DNA of 53,647 nucleotides, counting the filler, from Bipalium vagum (taxonomy: Eukaryota): assembly GCA_037834085.1 (NCBI GenBank). It is 3 parts of 3 records of this genome, joined end to end, with 100 filler letters (N's around TTAATTAATTAA, not from the genome) between each part and the next. Parts side by side here need not be neighbours in the genome. Positions count along the whole stretch, not along the records: positions 1 to 18,950 come from JBBMKC010014767.1; positions 19,051 to 37,868 come from JBBMKC010018090.1; 1 more part is not named here. One strand, 5' to 3'. The notes under the pieces are model-generated. The model ran no database searches, was not told where the DNA came from, and saw only the letters and a list, made by a program, of their open reading frames with translations. Position 1 is the first letter of the stretch. Every line of letters starts with the position of its first letter. Below are positions 13,270-25,170 of this stretch, one piece after another. Both the position numbers and the translations under genes were made by a program.

Positions 13270-14224
13270 TTCATTGGCTGCGGGTTCAAAACGCGATGGC
13301 AACAGCCAATGAAATTATTAGCACTAGCAGAGAACTAGAAGTATTATCTAGGCCACATTTATTTTTGTTTGTATTTGTCAATTGTTAATTACATAAACAA
13401 TGAAAACATAAACAGCAACCGAAATTAGTTAAATGCAACACGTGCACCGTGATTAAGTATATAATTTTGATAATAAAATACTAAAATAATAGTTGATATA
13501 ATTAACCAATAAAATGAAATAAAAAATATTAAAATAACATGAACGGAATTCGTGTGCACTCTAAAGGTTATCCTAATGGTATAATGTTATGACAATTACA
13601 TAATACATTTTTTGGTATGGAAACAGAGCCATTTGAAAAGCAATGTCAAAAATACTTTGAAAATTAAAATAAAATAAGTGAAAATAAATTTTGAGACTAT
13701 TTTTTAGCGATCAATCGGGCTTTTATGGATTTTTAAACTTGTTAGAGTTAAATTAAACCGAAAAGATTATGAAGAATTTATTGTTTTAAATTTTAATCAA
13801 TTAAAAAATTGTTTCCGTAATAATATTGTTATTGGTCCAAGTCAATTTACTTTTATTATAAAGATACCATTGTTTAAAATAAANNNNNNNNNNNNNNNNN
13901 NNNNNNNNNNNNNNNNNNNNNNNNNNNNNNNNNNNNNNNNNNNNNNNNNNNNNNNNNNNNNNNNNNNNNNNNNNNNNNNNNNNNNNNNNNNNNNNNNNNN
14001 NNNNNNNNNNNNAAAAATTCATAATAATAAATAATATTTATGAATAAATTAAATAATTTTTAAAATAAATTTTATCGGTTTATCTGAAAATAAGATAATT
14101 AAACAAAACTTATATTACCTTATTATTAATAATATATTGATTATTATTATTATTATTAAAATTATTATTATTAATATTATTATCTTAATTAATATTAATT
14201 TCTTTTCTGTTATTTTTTAATGTC

Positions 14225-14226
<2 letters not shown>

Positions 14227-14281
<55 letters not shown>
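14227..14281. repeat. (TTA)n microsatellite
   Basis: Visible directly in the sequence. Confidence 0.95.
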
Positions 14282-15571
14282 TGAAGTACTTCGATACAAA
14301 GGTGTTCTTATCTTCAATTAAATAATACATTACATTATAATTAAAAAATAATTATTTTCAGATATATTTTTATTGGATAAGTTCAAAATTAATATTACTA
14401 AACAGAAATTCAGTATATATATGAAAAAATGTGATAATATTTGAGACATTCTTTTCAATTTAGTCTTTGGCTTTGACAAGTCCATCTTAAAACAAGATTC
14501 ACCTGCAAATCAGGTCTCTGTAAAGCTGATGTATAAAATTGATAAATTTTTCGGAAATTTGTGAAAATAAATCATTTTCTGTAACTGTTATTAATAAAAT
14601 GATTATTTCACAAAGGAAATTGTCGAAAAATGTAAATTTTCATTGGTTATAATTCCATGTGAATTCTCTTCAGAATGTGTTCTCCTTTCAAGCCGAATTG
14701 CTTTGTGGAATGCTGTCTGGTTTGGATGGGTGTTCATTTAGTTGAAGGGAATATATAAATTACTTACCATTATTGACTATAGTTAAAATAATCCATAATA
14801 AATAAAATTATCGACTATGTTGGAACGTTCACAGGTAGATCAGAAAATAATTTTGTGAATAAATTTCAAAACCTTAATATTTGATATATCCTACTTACTC
14901 TCCATATCCCGTAATCGCGGATGTAGATTTGACTATTCCGGCTTTTCGACTGATTTTTGACAATGACGTGAGGCTAGATTACAACAGTGACACGGATGCT
15001 GAGATAACAATAATAGGTATATTATATAAATATATCATTAATATAACCAATTCTATCAGCTATTATTCGCTTGGTTTGCAATTTCGCCATAACCATTCTC
15101 GCCATCCATTGTACTTGTGAACGCTAACGTCCACATGTACACACTAAACCATAGAAGGTGCGGGTTTATGTGCTTCATAGAATTCCAGCTTGTAAGCATT
15201 AACAGACAATACAAGAAAGCCTGATAACTTCAACAATTACGCGAAATTCGCTTAGCCATGACCGGATGTTGACAAATATCGCACTGGTAACTATGCGAAA
15301 TTCGACAATTTACGATGGAAATGGTTATGTTTATCAATGATGATTGCATGAAGCACAATCACATGTTGTTCTTCGGTTGTTGGAACTTAAAAGATTTGAC
15401 GCTTTCAAAGTAGAAAATTCTGATTTTTATCATTTATTTTCGTTAGATGTCTGGAAACTCGAAGAGAAAACTCGATCCAGGCAATATAATTTCCATCGAT
15501 TTTCTGATTTGAACAAGTGACTCTAAACGTGTTTATAAATGGTTAAAAATCAATGAGGTGAGGTCGAAGTA

Positions 15572-15609
<38 letters not shown>

Positions 15610-17271
15610 TAATAACAATAATAATATTATTATTAAATAATAATATTAAATAATATTTATAATAATAATATTAAATAGTATTGAAAAATAATAATACAAA
15701 AAATTATCTTTTACTATTAATAAAGAATTTTTGACACCGACCAATTACTTAATATTGAAGTTATGGTCGAATAATCAATTAATTGAAGATTGATTTAATT
15801 GAGCAATAAAAATTGAATAATTTAATTATGAAAGGCTCATTTCATTTCTCGATTAAACAAAGCACTCTTTTTTTCAAAAAGGGTTCCTAAGCTGTGCGGT
15901 AGTGACAGATATTATATATTAGTAACATTTTATTTATTATATCTAAGATAATGGATCAAAAAAGATATTTTTTACACGATTTTAAAATAAATGGTTTGCT
16001 AATAGGTTGATTAGATGAATCCTGATTGAAGTCAGAACTGAAAGCTTCAAAGATGTCAAATTTTATTCCCAGTTAATTATTATTTATTGGTAAATATTCT
16101 GGAAGCCTGAAGATGTGGTCATCTTTCATCCATTAATTGCTTAGTTCATGATATGTCCCTTAAAAACCTTTCTTCAAATCTTAAATTGTTAATTATTTAT
16201 ATAAATATTAATTAATTAAATATAAATATAAAGAATAATAAGCAAAAAACAGTGCTAAAAGTTGAAACTTTAAAAATCTTTAATCTTTATAAACTGTAGT
16301 TCATCAATTTAAACAAAAAAGTTTGTTTGTTAATTTAAGTCCGGAAAAATTATTTATTAAGTGTTTTTATTTAATGAGAAAATAAAAATTCGATGAAAGT
16401 TTGACTTTTTGATCGTGAGAAAAATGATATTTTCAAGTCATGTTTTAAAAAATTCCAATGAGGGTACAGAAGTTCGAAGGGAAAACAATTTGGGAAAGAG
16501 AAACCAGGAGTAATTTTCATCATATATTTTTATATACTGAAAATAACGATGAAGTTAAACGAAGAGAAATATTAAATTAAACGAAGTCATGTCTCACACC
16601 CCATAAGAGCTCAATTTCGATAAAGTAAAACCAAAAGAATATTATAATAGTAAGGGTGAAACAATATTTTCCGCCAGACACTTCGTCCAGGTATCCAGGC
16701 TTCCGTAACGGAAACTAAATCACTTCTAAATTAGTAACCACGTTATTTTCATTGACGAAACCACGAGGGCTTTGCTGAGCTAAATTACATTTTTGACATA
16801 TTAAGAGTATCGCCGAAATATGTGATAAACAACGTTATATAATTTTTCAAGAAGCTTTATCGAATTCCATGAAAATGACGTACTTCAACCACTTTATGTA
16901 ATGTTTGTTTACGTTTTATTTTATCGCAAAACACTGAAAGTGTAACGAAACATTTAGTCACCTTGTCTGAAGATGTCCAGAGAAAGCTCTTATCTTAAGG
17001 ATCTGCAATGATTCGGCAGTGAGGCTGACATGATATACCACCCAACAAAACAACATTTTCGGCCTACCGTAGTTTTTTGATTTTACCTGGACTCAGTTAA
17101 TTAATAAAATTTAATAAATTTTTAATAATAATTTTTATTTAATAAATTTTTAATAAATTTTTAATAAATATTTAAAAAACTTTTTAACAGAATATAAAAA
17201 ATATTTTGATTGCCTCTGTCAAATTTAAAAATATTAAATGATAAAAACTATAAAATGATAAAAAATATTTA

Positions 17272-17440
17272 AATGATAAAAACTCATGATCTTAATATTA
17301 ATAAATAATAAATAATAAAGAAAATATCAATTAATATTCTGAACTGTCAAATATGAGTTTTTTGTTAACTTCTCCTATAAAATAGATTAAATTTGACAAT
17401 TTATTATTTATTAATATTAAGATCATGAGTTTTTATCATT
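17272..17440. repeat. Perfect 42-bp inverted repeat (foldback/MITE-like)
   Basis: aatgataaaaactcatgatcttaatattaataaataataaat at 17272-17313 is the exact reverse complement of 17399-17440. Confidence 0.9.
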
Positions 17441-18149
17441 GGCTGAATAAAAAGTGTAAAGGTATATTTTAGTTGTTATTTTGTAAAGGTATAAAACATT
17501 TTTACAGCTAAACAAAATATTTTAGTTTTCAAAGAAGGAATATTTTCATAATTTACTTAAAAAAAATAATATCTCTTATAAGACTGACATGGCAAAATGC
17601 CATAATTCTTTCCGAAACATGTGCAATAAAATTGAGATGAATAATTAAAAGTTATAATAAATAGTAAATGTATTTAATGACATTGGTAAAAATAATAATC
17701 GTCACTAAAGACCTCTAAGGTTTCCCGAATCAATTTCATTGATAAAAAATAAAATTATCTTCGTCTGATTTGTGAAATTTTATAAAATCATTTAATCAAT
17801 AATCAATAATCAATAATCAATAAATTATAAACTTAAAATAAAATTAAATATTTAGAAATAATATTACTGCTTTTATTATTGTAATAAGAACATTTTTAAA
17901 ATATATTATTATTATTATTATTATTTTATATTTTATGTCATTGAAATTTGCATAGAAATCTTTATTCCTTAAATTCCAATTAATTTCCTAAAAGATATTA
18001 ATAATTAATAATAATAAGAAATAAATATTATTATCAATTAATTAAAATAAAAACAAGTAGACTATTGTTTTAATGGATAATCATTACAATATCAATGTGA
18101 GAAAAATAATGTTATTAAAGATCAATACGAAGATCAATACTCCGAAAAA

Positions 18150-18813
18150 TTTCATAGCAGACTAGTAACTGGTGATGAGACATGGATTTATCGATACGAT
18201 CAGGAAAGTAAAATCCAGTCTAAGCAATGGTTACCCAAAGGATCAAGTGGACCAATCAAATTCAAAGCTGAACATCAATGAAGAAGGTTATGGCCACTAT
18301 TTTTTGGGATTCTGAGGGTGTAATCCTGGTAGACTTTCTCGAGAATCAGCGGACAGTTACTGGTAGGTACTACGAAGAGGTTTTGCGAAAACTTCATGCT
18401 GCACTTGTAAAGCAACGCCCAGGGAAACTTCATCGTCGAATTTTGTTTCATCATGACAATGCGCCAGCACATTCATGTAAGTTATCCTGGGTTGTACTTC
18501 GAGAATATCGTTGGGAAATACTCTCGCATCCACCATACAGTCCTGACTTGGCTCCCTCAGATTTTTTTTTGTTCCCCGAATTGAAAAAAATATCAAGGGC
18601 ATTCGTTGGGAAACAATATTGGAATTCAAAAGAGCTGTTTTGGATTGGTTCAAAACAAAGGATAAAATTTTTATAGAAATGGTTTAAACGCTGGCGACAC
18701 CGTATGGAAAAGTGTTATGAGTTAGATGGTTCATATGTAAAAAAATAAATTTGTACTTTGTACTTTGTTTTGATTTGTATGATTATTCCGGGGAATTTTT
18801 GATTCACTCTCGT
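18150..18813 (+). mobile_element. 5'-truncated mariner (irritans-like) with 3' TIR
   Basis: RLVTGDETWIY, KKVMATIFWDSEG, FHHDNAPAHS, HPPYSPDLAPSDFFLFP (DD34D), with frameshifts near 18277 and 18590. Candidate TIR ccgggaatttttgattcactctcg followed by TA. Confidence 0.92.
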
Positions 18814-18845
18814 AATTAGTATAAATATATCTTCGATCCATTCAA

Positions 18846-18950
18846 TATTAGGTTGTCTAATAAATTCGTGCCGTTTTTTTTTCGATGTCGTTTTGAATGA
18901 CATTAGATGCATCTATTATTAATTTAATATTTAAATAGACAGATCACGTG
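18846..18950 (+). mobile_element. Terminal end of another mariner running into an assembly gap
   Basis: tattaggttgtctaataaattcgtgccgttttt resembles a TA+TTAGGTTG mariner TIR and is similar to the TIR at position 1. Confidence 0.6.
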
Positions 18951-19050
18951 NNNNNNNNNNNNNNNNNNNNNNNNNNNNNNNNNNNNNNNNNNNNTTAATT
19001 AATTAANNNNNNNNNNNNNNNNNNNNNNNNNNNNNNNNNNNNNNNNNNNN
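18951..19050. other. Assembly gap with six-frame-stop linker
   Basis: N44-TTAATTAATTAA-N44; the same construct occurs at 37869-37968. Confidence 0.95.
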
Positions 19051-19115
<65 letters not shown>

Positions 19116-19160
19116 ATTATTATTTATTATTATTAGTATCATTATTATCGTTATTATCAT
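19051..19160. repeat. (TTA)n microsatellite
   Basis: Visible directly after the gap. Confidence 0.9.
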
Positions 19161-19720
19161 CATCATTATTATTATCACTTTTACTACCAGTAATAAAATA
19201 CTTTGGATAAAAGATGCTTTCCTGAAGACTGAATAATTTCTTGTCCTGAATTCGATTGATTATTATTTTATTATTAATCGTAATAATAATAATGATTTAA
19301 TAATAATATAACATTATTCTTTATGATTTTTAAATCTGTACGAAAAGAGACAAAGAAAAACAAACGCCAATGAAACTATTTAATATTTAATACCTTTTCT
19401 GTGATTAAATTTTTTGTGGTGCAAGATTTTTGATGAAAGTATTTTTTTCAGGTCAAATATTAATTTTTATTATTATTAAAAATATATTTATTTTCAAGTC
19501 TGCCTTTTTGAAGATATTATATTTCAATTGTGTATAATCATATTTTGTCTTGGATATATAATTGCATTAATATTTTCTCAGATAATAGATATAATTTATT
19601 AATATTATTTCGTCACGAAAAATAAAATGTAACATTACCACTTTATGATGATGCGATATGCAGAACTATTTTGACTATTTTTAATTTTATATTTTTATTT
19701 AATTTTTTTATATTTTCCAG

Positions 19721-20584
19721 TTTTATTGGGAAACCCCTCAATCTCTGCCGATATTTCCGAACGATTACAGTCAGTCAAGGTTTCGAGTGACAAAAGATGG
19801 TTATCTTAACATTATCAGTGCTCAATCCTCAGATTCCGGTAAATATACGTGCAACGTTCATTCGGCTCTCGACGTCAATCATAGATCCATATGGCTTGAA
19901 GTTTCCAAGCACCAGTTAGACATTTATCCCATCATATCTTTACCTGCTCAAAATCTGACAGTAATCAAAGGGTCCAATATCAATTTGAGATGTGAAGTCA
20001 TTGGAGAGGACATAATCAATATACTGTGGTATATTGGTTTAAATTTCAAAGAGAGACTGATAAAAGATTGGCAAATCTCCTTTCCAACAAAAGAGAGTTT
20101 ATTTATCATTGATTCTGATAGTAAAAGAAACACGAATTTCTATACTTGTGAAGCTATCAATGAGCAAGGTCTGAAATCGAGTTGGACGGCTTTTGTCGAT
20201 GTTGTAGACAATCAGACATTGGCAAGCATCAAAAGCATTCTTGAACTACCCTTACCGCCGGTAGTGGAGCCGCCAAAAAATATCAAATCCAATTCACTGG
20301 AATTAGTATGGTCATCAAATTATAATGCAAACATTCTGATTTCATATTGGGTTGAATATGTTTATTTTGGATCGAAAAACGGATGGGAAATTTACAAAAA
20401 GGACTGGCCTCACAATTTCATAACAGTGGACAACCTCAAGCCGGATACATGGTACCAGTTTCTGGTTCGGTCCAAGCACAATGGTGGCATTGGCAGGGCC
20501 AGCGTGCCAACGGAATATGTGAAAACGAAAAACTTTATGAGCGATGAACCATATTCCGGAAATGTGGGCTTTCAGTTTGATAAT
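19721..20584 (+). CDS. robo: Internal exon of a Roundabout (Robo)-like receptor: part of Ig4, Ig5 and the first FN3
   Basis: Acceptor ttttccag at 19720, then FYWETPQSLPIFP...RFRVTKDGYLNI...DSGKYTC (Ig), PIISLPAQNLTV...LRCEV...ILWY...YTCEAINEQGLKSSWTAFVDV (Robo Ig5-like SWxA motif), and FN3 SLELVW...YWVEY...GW...VDNLKPDTWYQFLVRS. Putative donor gtaggt at 20585; the ORF otherwise runs on to 20674. Confidence 0.8.
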
Positions 20585-21499
20585 GTAGGTTGTTGTTCTT
20601 GTGAAGGTCGTGTTTTCCAACATCAAAAAAATGCGACCAAATTATTTGATCAATATTTTTGTAATGAATATTAAAACCATGCCAATTCTCTTGACCGAAT
20701 CCTAAATATCATCATCATCAGCGGGAACGGTTTTCGTTATTAATTCAATGCTAATTTCGCTGATAAAAGTTGGCTGTGTGATAAAATTTCTCTTTTTCTT
20801 ATCTCACCTTTTTTAATTTCATATAATGATTCTGGATCAGATTTTATTTAATATAAACAAACGACTTTTTCACTGAAAACATTACCGTCTGCAGAGGTTT
20901 TTTTTAGTATTTCTTTTTTTTTTTTTAATAAGAACATACTTTTTCTCTCGACGCATGGCCATATACATAATATGCAGGGATCCAAAAATTAAACTTTTCC
21001 TCTTTTGAACGGGAACTTTTTCAATTTTGTATATAACATATTTTTTATGGCACTGATAAGTAATAAAATTATTATTAGTTTATCATGACTTGTACTGTAT
21101 TATTTTATATTTTTCTATATTTTTATATTTTGCGCAAACCACTAAATGATAATATTTATTGTCGAATCGTTTTAAGACTGTTCTGAGAAATGACGTTTGA
21201 CCACGATAATAATATCAATTTGATAACAAACGAATAATGAGGGGAAAACTTTTTTATTTTATATTATGGTTTTCATGATGGAAAAATTCAACGTAAATAA
21301 AACAAAGTTTGTGATACATTGTCGTTAGGTTCACAATTTGTGAAAGTGCCTATTTTATAAATGGATCTAAAGTCACAATTTAACTGAAATTCTTTTTTTT
21401 TAATTAGTACATTTTAAATTAAAGATAAATAGTTAATTATTTCAAAAATATGAAAATTTATTTTTGTTTTAATGCTTCAAACAAATAACGAAAATTCAA

Positions 21500-22420
21500 A
21501 TTACATTTCAAAAAATGTTTATAAGGCATTGTTTATCATTTTCCTTCCAATTGAAGAAAACGGCATATGATGCTAGAGATGTGCTTATTTCTGCTTTATG
21601 GGGAAGGTACAGTGAGTTATAAAGAACATCGAAAAATGTCAAAATCTTTCATATCCGCACAACGAGGTCAATAAAAACTGAAAATGAAAATTTATTGGAT
21701 AAAAATCCTTGTAGGACGCAAGTAAAGCTCTGAAACTTGAAATTACACAGAAAATTACTCTAACAGCTAAGAAGGATTCAAAAAGCTTCCATATAGGTGC
21801 CCAATTGACATATACTAGAGAACAAGGGAAAGTAATAAATATTTCGGTATCACACCTAAGAAGATTTTAAAACTAATTTTTACACTAAATCTTTACTGGG
21901 AATGAAAATAAGTATATTATGATAACCTGAAACGAAAAAATCTTGAGTTCTTTCAAGTGAACCATTGTGGAGCGTAATATTCAAGCAGTCAAACTTTTGC
22001 TGTGTATTTGCTGGTCTATCATGAGTCGTTGAAACGCGTGAAACAGTCAAACCTAAAAGGTACAAAAAACAGTTGAATAACTTGAAAGTCACTCTTGAAA
22101 AAAAAGACTGATTTTTTTAAAGTATTTTTAATGAAAATGGTATTAATCTAAATTATTTAACGAAAAAATAACTATGGACAAAAATCGATGATATAAGAGA
22201 TGGGGTCGTTATGATGAAAAGTAATCTGTCGATCTCGATTGTTATTTTCAATTATGGAAACCATCTCTGGCATTGCTCTATATTCTTTTAAAACTGAAGA
22301 ACCAGTCAATTATGTTTTACAGGGATTAAAACCTGCCTGTCTTCAAATCCGAATCTAGATCTACGATATATTGAGAAATATTGATAAAATGGAAAAGGAA
22401 TTATAAAACATGAGAGGTTT
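21500..22420 (+). mobile_element. Degenerate mariner relic
   Basis: FIRHCLSFSFQLKKTAYDA...YGEGTVSY is a mariner N-terminus; later decayed catalytic-domain remnants follow. Confidence 0.7.
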
Positions 22421-23624
22421 TCAATTCCATAACATCGTGCAAAAGGAAATGAAACCTTATCGGATAGGAAGTCCCATCACTTTCGTATTATGCTTCAACT
22501 AATCATTTTTAGCTTTTATGTAATGTGATCAGTATTTTGTGAAATGAGCTAATTATCCTGTGAAACGTTTCCGATAAATATCGGGTAAAATTATATAAAA
22601 ACAATCAATAAATCAACATTTTATTCCATTAAAAATTAAGATGGGATAAATATTTTCAAAAAAATTTGGAAAGTGTCTCCATCTTAAAGTCATGTAATAT
22701 AATGTTCCGAGTTTTAATTAATCGGAAAAGTATATTTTATGGAAAAATTAATTTTTTTAAGGTTCAATAAATTATATCATTTGGTCCCACAAATTATTTA
22801 TTAAATTAATATATTCATTATTTACGATGTTATCTTTGAAAAAACATTCCTTTTTAAATTATTAAGATTAAATATTTCTAAGCTGTGTTCTGTTGATTAA
22901 NNNNNNNNNNNNNNNNNNNNNNNNNNNNNNNNNNNNNNNNNNNNNNNNNNNNNNNNNNNNNNNNNNNNNNNNNNNNNNNNNNNNNNNNNNNNNNNNNNNN
23001 NNNNNNNNNNNNNNNNNNNNNNNNNNNNNNNNNNNNNNNNNNNNNNNNNNNNNNNNNNNNNNNNNNNNNNNNNNNNNNNNNNNNNNNNNNNNNNNNNTAT
23101 TAATATTTAAAATAACAAATTAATCATTAAAATAATAACCGTTGGAAAACACATGTAAACGTGTTCCATTGTCAAATGTTTGCGGATATCTCTGAAAACA
23201 AAATAATTTTCTGCGAGCAATCAATAAATAATTACTCATTATTAAAATTATATTTATTCCAATCAAACAAACAAAAAATGCATTAAAATTGTGTTTGCAT
23301 AATTTTCAGTGTTTTCCAATGTTTTGAATTTTTGCTTAATTCTTTTTATAATGACACATTTTAAAACAATTTATGTCCGAAAACTAGACAATCCGAGTCC
23401 ACTATATTGTCACAATTAAGACTTGCAATATTTTATCTTATACATTAGGAAAGTTGTTAAGAGTTTATAAATGTTAAACGGAAAACAAAGTTTTGAGCAG
23501 AAAAATAATGAAAATATTTAAAAATTCCAAATGTTCAAGATGTGAATATTATTTTATTTTTATATTTAATTTTTAAATATAAGGGAAGGTAAGATGAAAT
23601 AATTTTGAAAGATTATTAGAAATA

Positions 23625-24045
23625 TTAGGGTGGTCTAATTTAAGGTAAATTATAAATCCTCATAAAATATATAAAACAAAATTTTGTTCTTTAAAATATA
23701 GTCCATTGTGCTCAATAGTCTTCTACCATATTTTAGCAAGCTGATGGTTTCCTCTGGCATACCATGCAATGTCTTTAGAAGCTAATAATTTCGGATCGCT
23801 TCTGTGACATTATGATCTAACTGGAATTCGTTCACGACTTATATAATTGGTAGTTTTCATTATTTTCTATATGAAAAATATAAAGGATTTTTAAAAATCT
23901 AAGAATCAATATGGATCCGATTGATTCTGTAAAACAAATCCTTTAATCTGATATAACACTTACTAATAATTGGTTAATGCAATAATAAAAATCAGCAAAG
24001 CAAAGTTACCAATAAATAGTTTAAAGACTTTCCGACGCCCTTAGT
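23625..24045 (-). mobile_element. Internally deleted mariner
   Basis: Minus-strand C-terminus AWYARGNHQLAKIW*KTIEHNGLYF, with TIR-like ends ttagggtggtc... and ...gacgcccttag. Confidence 0.65.
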
Positions 24046-24539
24046 TTAATTTGTTTAAAAATATTAATGTATTATGTTAAGAAGTGTGACGGTTGAAATT
24101 ATTTTATTGAAATTATTCTCCAAGATTAGGCCTATTCCTAAAGATGAGTACACATTTATGAAAGGTAGACCATGTGTCTTGACCAAAAAAGTTCGAAGAA
24201 AACATAATTATATATCTTATCAATATAATAATAGGCCATATAATTTTGGAACCTAATCAAACGGTGGTTGCGTACAATATAGCAAGACATAATTTTTTTT
24301 CTTTCACCCCTTTAAAATGTTTATAAATTTAATTTAAAAAATAAAATTATACTTTTTAAAGTTTCTTATGATGCCCCCAGGTATAAACAGTTACTATGCT
24401 AATTTTAGCTGATGCTTATCAAAAAGTGCAAATTGTTTTTCATATTATATCGTCCATTATTTTACATTTTAAATGATGCTTAAGTGTTCTCAAAGTTTTG
24501 AGTAAACGTACAGTGAGCAATATAGATCATTCTAATTTT

Positions 24540-25170
24540 ATTGGGCTGTCCCGAAAGTTCTTTCGGTTTTTACTATGAAATAAAAAGGCACAATTTAAAC
24601 AAACAGAAAAAATTTATTCTTTAAAATATTTTGCATTATTATCGACCATTCGATTTCCCTTTCATGAAACCTCTGGTCTTTTTGAATCTTTATAATAAAT
24701 GATTTTCCGTTAATTCGTGTGAAATCCAGATTTATTTACAAGGTCTTTTAGAACTGAATAAATGAACCACTTTTGTTGAATATAAAGTCTTAATGTAAAG
24801 TGAATATTATTAGCCGACTTCGGTGAGGGAACCGTCTTACAAATTGTTGCAATCTATCCTTTGGTGTTAAATCATGTAGAACCAGTTTGGTTTAATTTCA
24901 TTTCTTTCGAAATTTTCCGTTTCTTTGACATGATAGACTTAAAAATAATTTAATCAAATCATTTCTTAAAGAAACTAATCAACCTCATAGTTGGTTCAGG
25001 TTTTTGATTTTCTGAACAGGAGCAAAATTTCTAATTTCTAAGGCCGACTATGAGCAAATTTTTCCTTTAACATACCTTTGCAAACTTGGCAAATCTTGTG
25101 GTAGGTTACGTCAAACTCAAGTTCATATCATAAATGGAGGAAATGAGTGATTTTCTGTCAGACATATTTG
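24540..25170 (-). mobile_element. Degenerate mariner relic
   Basis: TIR-like ttgggctgtcccgaaagttctttcggtttt at ~24541, and a decayed N-terminus starting MSDRK (ATG ~25145-25166). Confidence 0.6.

Noticed and set aside
16600-17090. HVIFIDET motif suggesting a helicase or DDE relic
   Set aside because: A single short motif with no supporting collinear motifs.
18995-19006. TTAATTAATTAA palindrome inside N runs (also 37913-37924)
   Set aside because: Centred in identical 100-bp gaps; an artificial six-frame-stop linker, not biology.
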